Source: Treponema sp.
Lineage (GTDB): Bacteria; Spirochaetota; Spirochaetia; Treponematales; Treponemataceae
Length of the DNA: 64,000 nucleotides
NCBI GenBank assembly: GCA_017651065.1
Contig: JAGCDP010000011.1
Coordinates: forward strand, 14,964-78,963
Reading direction: 5' to 3'
The translations under genes and the position numbers were made by a program. Under the pieces are notes generated by a model, which saw only the letters and a list, made by a program, of their open reading frames with translations, was not told the DNA's origin and made no database searches. The first letter of the stretch is position 1. Each line of letters begins with the position of its first letter. This document shows, one piece after another, positions 1 through 10,829 of this stretch.

Positions 1-484
<484 letters not shown>

Positions 485-486
<2 letters not shown>

Positions 487-2608
487 AGACTTTGAACAGG
501 TCTACCTGTTCACCAATCTTGTCAATAGAACCCTTAACCTGTGAAGAAATCTCGCTGAGAGTAGCTCCAGTCTGGTTGATCTTCTGTGCACCAACAGCCA
601 TTTCTTCCATGCTGGTGTTCATCATCTTTGTTGTTTCGTAAAGGTGTTCCATCTCTTCTACAATCTGAGAGTTGCGTGCCTGCATTTCATGAGAAGAGTT
701 ACGTACTTCAATAGTTGAATTGTTAAGATTCTGCAAAGCTTCGAGAATCTGTTTAGAACCTTCGTTCTGCTCTTCCATTGCAGAATTGATATGATAAACA
801 AGTTCATGAGTATTTTTGAGTTGAGAAGCTACATGTGCAAAGGCTTCACTTGCGTCTGTAGAAGAGTTAGAAACTGTCGAAATTGACATCTGAATATTTG
901 TAAGCTGATCACCAATTTTGTTAGACTGTTCAGATGAAGTTTCACTAAGCTTACGGATTTCATCTGCTACTACGGCAAATCCTTTTCCGGCTTCACCAGC
1001 ATGGGCAGCTTCGATTGCAGCGTTCATAGCAAGAAGGTTTGTCTGTTCTGCAATTGCAGAAATAGCAGCGTTGGCTTCCTGAAGCATTTCTGACTGACCT
1101 TCAATCTGTTTAATCTGTTCATTTACATTATTCTGTTTTGCAAATCCGTTTTCGGCATCATGCTGAAGTGTTTTAAAGGAATCAGACATCATTTCTACAG
1201 AATGTTTTACAGAGTTAATGTTACCAATCATTTCTTCTACGGCAGCACTAGCTTGGGTTACGCTTGCAGACTGATCTTCAATCATGTTATCAAGACTTGT
1301 AATAGAGCTTGAGATTGTTCTGATAGAACCGCTTGTTGCTCCTACTGTTCTAGTCTGATTATTAATCTGTCCGTGAATACTTTCAATTGTTGCAATAATC
1401 TGTGTGATTGAGCTTGAAGTATCCTGTGTACCTACATCAAGAGTGTCTCCACTTGTACCAAGCTCGGCTTTAGAATTCTTAAGGGTTCGTACAATTTCCT
1501 GAAGCTTATCCATAAAGGCATCAAAGTTGATTACAAGTGTACCAATTTCGTCGCGGATATAAAGGGCACAACGCTTACTCAAATCTGCATCACCACTTGC
1601 AAGTTCACCAAGGAAGTCTGATACGTGCTTGATTCGTTTCATAATCCAGCGAACAAAGAGGAAGCCTGCAATTGCCAGAACTATAATAAGTGTAGCGGCA
1701 ACAGGAACAACCATGCTTACAGTTGTATATTTAATCTGTTCAATAACATCCATTGGTTTTGCAACGAAAGTCATACCTGTAATTGTTCCATCGTCGCTTA
1801 CAAGAGGGTCATAGTTTGAATAGTACTGGCGGCCGTTGATTGTATTCAGCCCGTCGAAAGGAATACCCTTATAAAGAACCTGCTTTACAATAGCTTCGTT
1901 TGCAAGCTCTGTTCCAATCATGTTTTCACCGAGTGTTGTTGATGCACGGATTTTTCCTTTGAATACAGTACAGTCTACACCATAGTTATCATTTACAACC
2001 TGAATGTAGGTATCTTCACCGCTGTCGGCAAGTTCATAACCTGTAACTATACAACCAACAACTTCGTCACCATCAAAAACAGGGCAGGCTGCTATAAGTC
2101 CGTAAACCATTTCTCCAAAGGTGTCGTAAGCATAGCTTTGTTCACCACGAAGTGCTTTTCGTATAAAGGAATCATTTACCGGTGTTCCAGAGGAAACTCC
2201 AGCACCAGCAAACAAAAGTCCGTTGTAATCTACAAAAGCAAGAAGGTCCAGACCTGCTCTTTCTGCAAGACCTTCCAGGAATTCATCCATATTTTCCTGA
2301 ACAAAGTGATCTTCACCCTCTTCATCTTCAAAATATTCACGGGTAGAAGGTTCAATAGAAAGCATGTCTCCATAGCGGTAGAGGTTATCGAGCCAGTCAA
2401 TAAGAATAAAACGAACACCATTAGAAGTATTGTTAATTTCTGCTTCTGCATTCTGAATAAGGCCTCTGTCAAAAACTTTAAGGGCTACAAATCCTGTAAC
2501 TGCAACTCCAAGAAAGCTGGCACCAACAATCATAGCTATAAGTTTTGCCTTAAGAGATAAATTCTTTCTTGGATTCTCTTCAAATCTGTCAAGTTCCTTC
2601 TTTGCCAT
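485..2608 (-). CDS. Methyl-accepting chemotaxis protein (Cache sensor, HAMP, MA domain)
   Basis: Two TM segments, HAMP (RDEIGTL) and the MCP signature [38 protein letters not shown]. Confidence 0.95.
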
Positions 2609-2751
2609 GTGAATACCTCATTGTAACTAGGTTCTTATAATTATCTATCAACTTATTGAAAAAAGCAATTAAAAACACATTTAATTGCACTTTATAATAA
2701 TTCGTTATAAAATAGTAGAATAATAAAAAACTATTTTTAGGAGAATTAAAA

Positions 2752-4158
2752 ATGGGTGAACAAAAAGAAAGAGAAACCCTGGGCAGCCGACTTGGATTCT
2801 TGCTGTTGTCTGCCGGATGTGCAATCGGATTAGGAAACGTATGGCGCTTTCCTTACATTACAGGTAAATACGGTGGAGCAGCATTTGTTCTTATTTATCT
2901 CGTATTCCTTGTAATTCTTGGTCTTCCAGTAATGGTTTGTGAATTTGCTGTTGGACGCGCTTCACGCAAGAGTATGGCAGCTGCTTTCAAAGAGCTTGAG
3001 CCGGAAGGAACAAAGTGGCACTGGTATAGTGGCTTTGCAATTGCAGGTAACTATCTTTTGATGATGTTCTATACAGTAGTTTCCGGATGGTTCCTTAAGT
3101 ATTTTGTACAGATGATCAGCGGAAAGTTTGTAGGCTTGTCTGCAGATGCAATCGTAGATGAATTTGTAAACGGAACTGTTGGCTCACCTTCTACACTTTT
3201 GATTGGAATGGTTGTAGTAATCGTAATTGGTTTTGGAACATGTATTCTTGGACTTCAGAAGGGTGTTGAACGCATTACAAAAATCATGATGTCTGCTTTG
3301 CTTATCATTATGATTGGTCTTGCAATTTACGTTGCATTCCTTCCAGGAGCAGGTGCCGGTTATGCATTCTACCTTAAGCCGGATTTCAAGGCTTTGGTAA
3401 GTGGTGAACACGGACTTTGGGATACAATCTATGCCGCTATGGGACAGGCATTCTTTACTTTGTCTTTGGGTATTGGTTCTATGGAAATCTTTGGTTCTTA
3501 CATTGGTAAGGATCACTCACTTACTGGTGAATCTTTGCGCGTAATTGGACTTGATACATTCGTAGCAATTTGTGCCGGTTTGATTATTTTCCCAGCTTGT
3601 GCCGCATTTGGTGTAGAAGCTTCTTCTGGTGCAGGTCTTGCATTCATGTCATTGCCAAACGTATTCAACGCTATGGGTCCAGTTGCAGGACGCATTGTTG
3701 GTGCATTCTTCTTCCTGTTCATGTCATTTGCTGCTCTTTCTACTGTAATTGCAGTATTCGAAAACATCGTAGCATTTGCAATGGATAAGCTCGGATGGAG
3801 CCGTACAAAGGCTGTACTTATCAACTTTGCAGCAATGCTCGTACTTGCAACTCCAGCTGCTCTTGGTATGAACGTTTGGTCAGGAGTACACTTTGGTGCT
3901 CACATTGGTTCTATCGACGCTCTGGAAGATTTCATCGTTAGCCAGAACTTGTTGCCAATCGGATCTATGCTCTTCCTTCTCTTCTGTACAATCAAGAAGG
4001 GTTGGGGCTGGGATGGCTTTATTGCCGAAGCCGATGCCGGTGAAGGTATTAAGTTCCCTAAGAACAAGGTATTTAAGTTCTATCTTAAGTTCATTGCACC
4101 TGTAATTATTATTGTAGTATTCGTTGCAGGATATTTTGATATCTTTGGTGCGAAATAA
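2752..4158 (+). CDS. Sodium-dependent transporter, neurotransmitter:sodium symporter (NSS/SNF) family
   Basis: SRLGFLLLSAGCAIGLGNVWRFPY and GQAFFTLSLG motifs, multi-TM, RBS AGGAG. Confidence 0.93.
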   Translation: MGEQKERETLGSRLGFLLLSAGCAIGLGNVWRFPYITGKYGGAAFVLIYLVFLVILGLPVMVCEFAVGRASRKSMAAAFKELEPEGTKWHWYSGFAIAGNYLLMMFYTVVSGWFLKYFVQMISGKFVGLSADAIVDEFVNGTVGSPSTLLIGMVVVIVIGFGTCILGLQKGVERITKIMMSALLIIMIGLAIYVAFLPGAGAGYAFYLKPDFKALVSGEHGLWDTIYAAMGQAFFTLSLGIGSMEIFGSYIGKDHSLTGESLRVIGLDTFVAICAGLIIFPACAAFGVEASSGAGLAFMSLPNVFNAMGPVAGRIVGAFFFLFMSFAALSTVIAVFENIVAFAMDKLGWSRTKAVLINFAAMLVLATPAALGMNVWSGVHFGAHIGSIDALEDFIVSQNLLPIGSMLFLLFCTIKKGWGWDGFIAEADAGEGIKFPKNKVFKFYLKFIAPVIIIVVFVAGYFDIFGAK

Positions 4159-4223
4159 TAATTCATAAAGGCCCTTTGCTTCGACATGCTCAGCATAAAC
4201 TAGCTCAGGGACCCCATGAGTAA

Positions 4224-4277
4224 ATGGATTGCCAATCTTCGTCATTGCGAGCGAAGCGCGGCAATCCATTTTTTTTT
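4224..4277 (+). terminator. Probable intrinsic terminator built on a family-1 REP-like element (4241-4267)
   Basis: atggattgcc (4224-4233) pairs with ggcaatccat (4260-4269), followed by a T run, downstream of the NSS gene. Confidence 0.55.
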
Positions 4278-4287
4278 CAAAAAAAAC

Positions 4288-4370
4288 TTGACATACCCCG
4301 TTAGTCGTAGTATGATAAACACAGTACGACAGTCGTAGTATTGTCTATCGTAGTACGACAGGCAAGGTAT
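4288..4370 (+). promoter_or_regulatory. Sigma70-type promoter with repeated operator half-sites, probably PadR autoregulation
   Basis: TTGACA (4288-4293)-17 nt-TATGAT (4311-4316). Palindrome tacgac-a-gtcgta at 4325-4337. agtcgtagta at 4303 and 4331; agtacgacag at 4323 and 4352. Confidence 0.75.
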
Positions 4371-4411
4371 TATTTGAACGGGCCACAAAATGGTCCGATA
4401 CAGGAGGTCTT

Positions 4412-4747
4412 ATGGTCACAATCAGCAGTGATGTAATTCGTGGGTATAATGACACGATGATACTGTTTCTGCTAAAGATTGCGCCTTCATACGGGTATGA
4501 GATTTCCAAAAATATAAAGGCACTTACGAGCGAAAAATATGTTATTAAAGAAACAACGCTCTATTCTGCTTTTACACGAATGGAAGAAAACGGGTATGTT
4601 GAATCATATTCCCAGGAGGCAGACAACGGAAAACGCAGAACTTATTATCGTATTACCGAAAAAGGAAAAGCGTATTATAATGAAAAATGCGAAGAGTGGA
4701 AGCTCACGCAGGAAGTTGTAGAAAAATTTATCAGCGAGGCAAACTAA
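4412..4747 (+). CDS. PadR family transcriptional regulator
   Basis: SYGYEI...ETTLYSAFTRME..G...RRTYYRITEKG winged-helix pattern, RBS AGGAGG. Confidence 0.92.
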   Translation: MVTISSDVIRGYNDTMILFLLKIAPSYGYEISKNIKALTSEKYVIKETTLYSAFTRMEENGYVESYSQEADNGKRRTYYRITEKGKAYYNEKCEEWKLTQEVVEKFISEAN

Positions 4748-5721
4748 TGGAAACTATTAAAAATTATCTTGAATCAATGTTCAGAAACCTTCCGAACACA
4801 GCCGAAGTGCTTAAGGCAAAAAACGAGCTTCTGCAAATGATGGAAGACAAATATGCAGAATTGCGCCGTGAAGGCAAATCAGAAAACGAAGCAGTTGCAA
4901 CTGTAATTTCTGAATTTGGTAACCTTGACGAAGTTGCATCATCTCTTGGAATTAAAGAGGTTTTGAGCAGCGGCAAGGAAGAGCAGACAAGAAGAAACGT
5001 AACTTTAGACGAAGTTAAAGAATATCTTTCTGACTTGTTCAGTTCAATCATCTTTAAGACAGTTGGAATCGTGCTCTTTATTATCTGTACATGCCCGGTA
5101 ATTTTCTTTGGCGATGTACTTGAAAAGCATGAAGTTACAGGTATTGTTCTTATGTTTGTTCTTATTGCAGCCGGCATTGCATGTATGATTATTCCTAATG
5201 CAAATATGGAATCATGGAGATTCTTAAGAAGAGAACCTTGTTCAATAAGTCCTGCAACAACAGATTATGTTTCCGGCGAAAAGAAGAAGTTCAGAAATCA
5301 ATATACAATCATGAATACTGTTGGAATTGTTTTGTGTGTATGCAGCTTTATTCCTGCAATCATTCTTGATGAATATGAGTCAAAGATAAATGAAAGCTGG
5401 AGCGGAATATTGTTCTTTGTTTTTGTTGCTGCAGGTGTTGCTTGTATTGTTTACAGCAGCTGGCGTTACAGATCATATCAGAGACTTCTCAATATCAATT
5501 CTGAAAACACAATCGGCGGAACTTATACACGTGCACGCGACAAGGAACCTTACTATGACAACAAGACAATGCGCGCAGTTATGTCTGTTTATTGGCCTAC
5601 TGTAACATGTATCTATCTTGCTTACAGTTTCCTTACATTCAACTGGTGGATCAGCTGGATTATCTGGCCTATTGCCGGTGTTGTTCACAAGCTTATTGTT
5701 AATCTTAACGTTGAAGACTAA
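4747..5721 (+). CDS. Membrane protein with N-terminal permease-prefix domain (PadR-associated)
   Basis: Start moved to ATG 4747, which overlaps the PadR stop. METIKNYLESMF...ELLQMMEDKY...EAVATVISEFGN followed by about 6 TM segments. Confidence 0.8.
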   Translation: METIKNYLESMFRNLPNTAEVLKAKNELLQMMEDKYAELRREGKSENEAVATVISEFGNLDEVASSLGIKEVLSSGKEEQTRRNVTLDEVKEYLSDLFSSIIFKTVGIVLFIICTCPVIFFGDVLEKHEVTGIVLMFVLIAAGIACMIIPNANMESWRFLRREPCSISPATTDYVSGEKKKFRNQYTIMNTVGIVLCVCSFIPAIILDEYESKINESWSGILFFVFVAAGVACIVYSSWRYRSYQRLLNINSENTIGGTYTRARDKEPYYDNKTMRAVMSVYWPTVTCIYLAYSFLTFNWWISWIIWPIAGVVHKLIVNLNVED

Positions 5722-5743
5722 GTGTGCATGAGAGGTTAATAAA

Positions 5744-6532
5744 ATGAAGAAGAATGTATTTTTAATCATTATTACTCTGATTACAGTTTTATGTATCATT
5801 GTAGGTTCTACACATCATCTGGGCATTTCGCGCAAGGGCTATAATTCTTTGTCATCATCAATACGAAGAGGGCTTAGCCGCAGTGGATTACATTTTCACT
5901 TTGGCGGCAATGACGATGACGATTTTGATGATGAAGAAAGAGATTTTGATTTTGACGACGACGATCCAAAATCATTTGATACAGAAACAATCAGCGAATT
6001 CACGGAGCTTGAAGTAAACCTTAAGGTTGGCGGAATTACAATTGAACGAGGTAATAAGTGGGAATTAAGATCAAAGTATTCATATGATTATCTTAAGCCT
6101 GTTTATACTTTGAAAAACGGAAAACTCAGCATTTCTCAGCCTGGTTATAGAAATCAGAAACTGGGAACTAAAACCTGCCGCATTGTAGTAACAGTTCCTT
6201 TTGGTACAGAGCTCGATAAACTCGATATGAACATGGATGTGGGTGCTGTTGAGCTGAGCGGCTTTGATATCAAAAAGGGTTCAATCGACACAGATGTTGG
6301 TGCCATCGAAATTTCCAATGTAAACTTCAATGACCTTGATCTTGATTCTGATGTTGGTGCAGTGAGCATTGAACTTGTTGAGCCTATAGAAAACTATGAT
6401 ATCAGCATTAATTCGGACCTTGGCGGAATTGTTGTTGATGGCAGAAATGTAAAGCGCCGCTATTCTCAAAAAGGTGATAAGGACAAGCGCCTTAGAATTA
6501 ATACAGATGTTGGTGGCGTTGAGGTAAAGTAA
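5744..6532 (+). CDS. DUF4097-like beta-strand-repeat (putative adhesin) protein
   Basis: N-terminal membrane anchor, acidic tract and repeated DVGA/DLGG strands. Typical third gene of PadR operons. Confidence 0.75.
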   Translation: MKKNVFLIIITLITVLCIIVGSTHHLGISRKGYNSLSSSIRRGLSRSGLHFHFGGNDDDDFDDEERDFDFDDDDPKSFDTETISEFTELEVNLKVGGITIERGNKWELRSKYSYDYLKPVYTLKNGKLSISQPGYRNQKLGTKTCRIVVTVPFGTELDKLDMNMDVGAVELSGFDIKKGSIDTDVGAIEISNVNFNDLDLDSDVGAVSIELVEPIENYDISINSDLGGIVVDGRNVKRRYSQKGDKDKRLRINTDVGGVEVK

Positions 6533-8071
6533 GTGAAGGCTATAATTGTCAGCGACTATCCCGATCCTGATGTAATTCGTGTGGGCGATGTTTATTACAT
6601 GGCCAGTACAACAATGCATTTTATGCCTGGCTGTGTAATACTCCGCTCGTACAATCTTGTTGACTGGGAGTTTGCTTCGTATGTTTATGATAAGCTTGAA
6701 GAAACAGACGGGCAGACTCTTAAGGACAACAAGGGTATTTACGGAAAGGGCATGTGGGCTGCATCACTTAATTTTCATGATGATAAGTTTTATGTAAGCT
6801 TTGTTGCAAATGACACTCATAAAACTTATCTTTTTACTTCCGATAAAATTGAAGGTCCGTGGAAGCGTTCAGAAATCAAGGGCTTTTATCATGACATGTC
6901 TCTTTTCTGGGACGACGACGGACGCGTTTATGTTGTTCACGGAAATACAGAAATCCATCTTACAGAACTCGAAGCAGATTTGAGTGGTCCTAAAAAGGGC
7001 GGAGTTGATAAAGTGATGATCTGCGATGACAGGGAAAAGGTGATTCTTGGTTATGAAGGAAGCCACCTGTATAAAATAAACGGCAGATATTATAACTTTA
7101 TGATTCACATGCCAAAGGGCAAGATGCGTTCCCAGGGCTGTTATGTTGCAGATAACATTGAAGGTCCTTGGACAGGCGGAGACGTTCTTTGTTCAGATCT
7201 GGACAACTGGAACAGCGGCGTTGCTCAAGGCGGAATTGTTCAGGATAAACAGGGCAAATGGTTCGGCATTTTGTTCCAGGACCACGGTGCGCTAGGACGC
7301 ATTCCGGTACTGGTGCCGGTGGAATTTAATTCAGCCGGGGTCCCCGTGGTCCCTGAGCCTGTCGAAGGGGTCGAAGGGCCATCAAAAAGGGGTGTTTCGA
7401 CAAGCTCAACAACCCCAAAAATTCTAGACAACAACCCAGGCTACAAATATGCCCCTCTGTGGAGCAACGACTTTACTAATCCGGCATGGCAGTGGAATCA
7501 TATTCCGGATAAGAGCTTCTGCACCTTGCAGGACAATTGCTACACAATCACGACAAACAAAACTGTAGTAAATATCACACAGGCAGTGAACACATATACA
7601 CAACGCACACTCACAGAAAACTGCGCAGGCTCTGTTGTGCTTGATGCCAGTCAGATAAACGAAGGTGACTTTGCGGGGCTTGCGGCTTTAGAAGGCGAAT
7701 ACGGCTTTATTGCAGTAACAAAGCGTGACGGTAAATACTATCTTGTTGCGGCAGAACATAAAACAAAATATACCCCTTGGGCTATGGGCGTGTTCGATAC
7801 AGATCCACCAGACATCAAGGCAGAAATCCCGCTTGAAAATCCAAAGATTGAGCTTAAACTTGTTTTTGATTTGACTCGTGAAAAACAGCAGGTTCAGCTG
7901 CAATACAAAAATAATCCGGGCGTTGGCGAATATCAGACACTTTTTACACCAGTTCAGCTTCGTTATACGCTGGACCAGTTCGTAGGTGTAAGGTTCGCGT
8001 TGTTCTGTTATTCAACAAAGCAAACCGGCGGCAAGGCACAGTTCACAGATTTTAACTATTCTTTTTTGTAA
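6533..8071 (+). CDS. GH43 beta-xylosidase/arabinofuranosidase
   Basis: DYPDPDVIRVGDVYY, GMWA, YEGSH and AQGG motifs plus C-terminal beta-sandwich. Contains a repeat-derived insert. Confidence 0.9.
   Translation: MKAIIVSDYPDPDVIRVGDVYYMASTTMHFMPGCVILRSYNLVDWEFASYVYDKLEETDGQTLKDNKGIYGKGMWAASLNFHDDKFYVSFVANDTHKTYLFTSDKIEGPWKRSEIKGFYHDMSLFWDDDGRVYVVHGNTEIHLTELEADLSGPKKGGVDKVMICDDREKVILGYEGSHLYKINGRYYNFMIHMPKGKMRSQGCYVADNIEGPWTGGDVLCSDLDNWNSGVAQGGIVQDKQGKWFGILFQDHGALGRIPVLVPVEFNSAGVPVVPEPVEGVEGPSKRGVSTSSTTPKILDNNPGYKYAPLWSNDFTNPAWQWNHIPDKSFCTLQDNCYTITTNKTVVNITQAVNTYTQRTLTENCAGSVVLDASQINEGDFAGLAALEGEYGFIAVTKRDGKYYLVAAEHKTKYTPWAMGVFDTDPPDIKAEIPLENPKIELKLVFDLTREKQQVQLQYKNNPGVGEYQTLFTPVQLRYTLDQFVGVRFALFCYSTKQTGGKAQFTDFNYSFL
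7337..7416. repeat. Family-2 palindromic element (CCCTGAGCYTGTCGAAGGG) inverted pair inside the GH43 CDS
   Basis: ccctgagcctgtcgaaggggtcgaaggg ... ttcgacaagctcaacaacccc, translated as GVPVVPEPVEGVEGPSKRGVSTSSTTP. Confidence 0.85.
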
Positions 8072-9059
8072 GACAAAGTGAAATAAAGAAAGGCACTCCC
8101 AAAATGGAAGTAATAATTCCTGCAGGGAGCTCGCCTGGTGCAATAGCTGTTCGGGCAATCGTATCAGAAACAAGCAGCAGTGCAGCACCAAACATCATGC
8201 TGTAAGGAATGAGCGTGCGGCTTTTTGGTCCGGTAAGCTTTCGTACAATGTGCGGAGCAATAAGGCCTACAAAACCAATAGTTCCACCGGCGCAAACAGC
8301 ACAACTAACTGCAAGAGCCCCACTAACCAAAACCCAGATTCTTATACGGTCAACTTCTACACCAAGAGATTCGGCAGTTTTTTCTCCACAGGTAAGCAAA
8401 TCAAGCGGGCGGGCAACTGCAAAAGCAATAATTATAGAAAGGGCAGTAGGAATTGCAATAAAGATCAGTTCCTTCCAGCCGCGGCCGTTAAAGCTGCCTA
8501 AAATCCAGGTGTAAATGGAATGGAGCTCCTTGTTGCTTGTAAGTAAGATTGCAGAAGAAATTGCAGAATAAAGAGTTCCAAGAGCAGTACCGCAAAGAAG
8601 CAGCATTACGCTGGAGGCCTTTCCTGCACGACTAAAGGCAAGAGCAGTTACAAAAAATCCGGCGGCAAGTGCACCCAAAAAAGCGCAAAGGTTTATTGGA
8701 GAAATAAACTTGAAGACCGGATCAAGGGCTGCGGGCAAAGTACGTCCTGCAAGAATTACAGTTGCAATAACTGCACCCAGCGTTGCCCCCGAAGAAATTC
8801 CCATAATGCCAGGCTCTGCAAGAGGATTACGGAAAAACAACTGGAATACAGCTCCACTTGCTCCAAGAAGGAGTCCTGTAACAAGCACCAGCAGGCAGCG
8901 AGGAAGTCTTATTTTCCAAAGGATTATGTTTTGAAACTTAGTCCCCTTACCAATCAAAACCAGAGGACTAAGCTTTTCTGCGCCGAACACAAGCGACAAG
9001 GCAAGTGATAAAATCAGCAGCAGAAAAAATAGAATTGCGAAAAGAGATTGTCTTTTCAT
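8052..9059 (-). CDS. FecCD/BtuC family ABC permease (iron complex or cobalamin)
   Basis: IRLPR, FRNPLAEPGIMGISSGA and GFVGLIAPHI motifs. Confidence 0.92.
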   Translation of the reverse strand: MKRQSLFAILFFLLLILSLALSLVFGAEKLSPLVLIGKGTKFQNIILWKIRLPRCLLVLVTGLLLGASGAVFQLFFRNPLAEPGIMGISSGATLGAVIATVILAGRTLPAALDPVFKFISPINLCAFLGALAAGFFVTALAFSRAGKASSVMLLLCGTALGTLYSAISSAILLTSNKELHSIYTWILGSFNGRGWKELIFIAIPTALSIIIAFAVARPLDLLTCGEKTAESLGVEVDRIRIWVLVSGALAVSCAVCAGGTIGFVGLIAPHIVRKLTGPKSRTLIPYSMMFGAALLLVSDTIARTAIAPGELPAGIITSILGVPFFISLCLTKKNS

Positions 9060-9077
9060 AAGGTTTTATAAATCAAA

Positions 9078-9959
9078 TTACTGATTCAAAAGCTCAGACA
9101 AATCAAGAACTACATCTGCAATTCTTGGAGCCGGGCGTGAATACATGTTGTCATCAATAATGTAGATTCTGTCGTTTACAACAGCAGGAATTGAATCCCA
9201 TCCTGCACGGGCTTTTACATCTTCTACTGTAACACCGTTGCTTCTTGGCAAAAGAATTACATCTGGTGCGCGTGCAATAATAGTTTCATCACTTACCATA
9301 GGATAAGCATCTGTAAGATCATCAAAAATATTTTTTCCGCCTGCATTTACAATAACATCATTAATGAAAGAAGTAGAACCAACAGACATAAACGGAGCAT
9401 TCCAAACTTCGTAGTAAACTTTAATAGATGAATCACCGGTAGTCTCAGGCAATTTTTCTGCCATCTGAGCAACTACCTGAGCAGCTTCGTCCTGGTGTCC
9501 TGTTATTTCGCCAAGGTCCATGATTTCTTTTTCAATTGCAGTAATCGAAGTAGCGTTTGAAAGATACCATTTGATTCCAAAAGAATCGAGTTGTTCAATC
9601 AAGAAGTTGTGCATGCCGTCTGTAAGATAAACAAAATCAGGTTCAAAAGACATGATTGTTTCAACGCTTAAAGTTTTTCCATCAAAACCTCCGACAACTG
9701 GTTTTGCGGCAGCTTCAGGTGGATAATCTGTAAATTCAGAAACTGCGGCAATCTGGTCACCGGCACCAATTGCATAAAGAATTTCTGCAGCAGATGGTGA
9801 AAGTGTTACAATTGATTTTGGATACTGAACTGTCTGTTCTGTTTTTTTTGCAGATTTTTTAATCTTTTTTGTGATTGTTTTTTTTGCTTTAGCGCTCAAG
9901 CTCATTGCAAGAGTAAGCATCAAAAGTACGATTGAGATTTTTTTAATAAAATTTTTCAT
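9078..9959 (-). CDS. BtuF-like periplasmic binding protein
   Basis: Signal peptide from ATG 9959; IVTLSPSAAEILYAIG, DYPPEA and SRPAPRI motifs. Confidence 0.88.
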   Translation of the reverse strand: MKNFIKKISIVLLMLTLAMSLSAKAKKTITKKIKKSAKKTEQTVQYPKSIVTLSPSAAEILYAIGAGDQIAAVSEFTDYPPEAAAKPVVGGFDGKTLSVETIMSFEPDFVYLTDGMHNFLIEQLDSFGIKWYLSNATSITAIEKEIMDLGEITGHQDEAAQVVAQMAEKLPETTGDSSIKVYYEVWNAPFMSVGSTSFINDVIVNAGGKNIFDDLTDAYPMVSDETIIARAPDVILLPRSNGVTVEDVKARAGWDSIPAVVNDRIYIIDDNMYSRPAPRIADVVLDLSELLNQ

Positions 9960-10642
9960 TTTGCACCCCATTGAGAATAGTATATATCTAATTGTTTTTT
10001 AAGTTCATCAGTTATTACAGTTTTGTCGCCGTTTGTATAAAGTGCATCCATAACATCTGCCATTGTTACAATTGCCGCAGTCTTAAATCCATAATTCTGA
10101 GAAATTACCTGCAGAGCCGATTTTTCAGAATCAGGGGCTTTTTCCAGACGGTCAAGGCTGACGATTTCTCCAAGAATCTTTATTCCGCCTTCTGTTGTTT
10201 CAAGCGCCTTGATTTTTGGATAAACTTCATCGATTGATTTTCCGGAGGTTGTAACGTCTTCTATGATGACAACCTTATCGCCATCCTGGATTTTGTAACC
10301 AAGAATCGAACCCTTGTCGGCACCATGGTCTTTTTCTTCCTTGCGGTCGCAGCAGTATTTTACTTCTTTTCCATAGAGTTCAGAGAAGGCGATTGCAGTA
10401 GTTACTGCCAGCGGGATGCCCTTGTAGGCAGGCCCAAAGAAAACATCAATGTCGTCTCCAAAATTGTCATGAACTGCCTTTGCATAATATTCGCCAAGCT
10501 TTTTAAGCTGAGCACCAGTAATGTAAGCGCCAGCGTTCATAAAGAAAGGCGACTGTCTTCCACTTTTAAGCGTGAACGACCCGAACTTGAGCACCTGGCT
10601 CGTCACCATAAAGTCAATAAATTCTTTTTTGTATTGTTCCAT
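9956..10642 (-). CDS. pyrE: Orotate phosphoribosyltransferase
   Basis: FGSFTLKSGRQSPFF, GPAYKGIP, RKEEKDHG and the PRPP motif VIIEDVTTSG. Confidence 0.95.
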   Translation of the reverse strand: MEQYKKEFIDFMVTSQVLKFGSFTLKSGRQSPFFMNAGAYITGAQLKKLGEYYAKAVHDNFGDDIDVFFGPAYKGIPLAVTTAIAFSELYGKEVKYCCDRKEEKDHGADKGSILGYKIQDGDKVVIIEDVTTSGKSIDEVYPKIKALETTEGGIKILGEIVSLDRLEKAPDSEKSALQVISQNYGFKTAAIVTMADVMDALYTNGDKTVITDELKKQLDIYYSQWGAK

Positions 10643-10681
10643 GGGTTAAAATTATATCAATTTTTAATTTTAAGACAATAC

Positions 10682-10768
10682 GTCATTGCGAGCCGAAGGC
10701 GTGGCAATCCAGGGTTATTGATCCATCTGCTGGCTGGATTGCCACGTCGCTTTGCTCCTCGCAATGAC
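10682..10768. repeat. Inverted pair of family-1 REP-like elements
   Basis: 10682-10710 gtcattgcgagccgaaggcgtggcaatcc and 10736-10768 ggattgccacgtcgctttgctcctcgcaatgac. Confidence 0.88.
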
Positions 10769-10829
10769 GAGTCACTTCGTGCACAATGACGGACTTGAAT
10801 TATAGGACTGCACGAAGTATAGTAAAAGC

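Noticed and set aside
5905-5965. GAT/GAC-rich tandem-like sequence
   Set aside because: It encodes an acidic low-complexity linker (DDDDFDDEERDFDFDDDD) in the DUF4097 protein and is not an independent repeat element.
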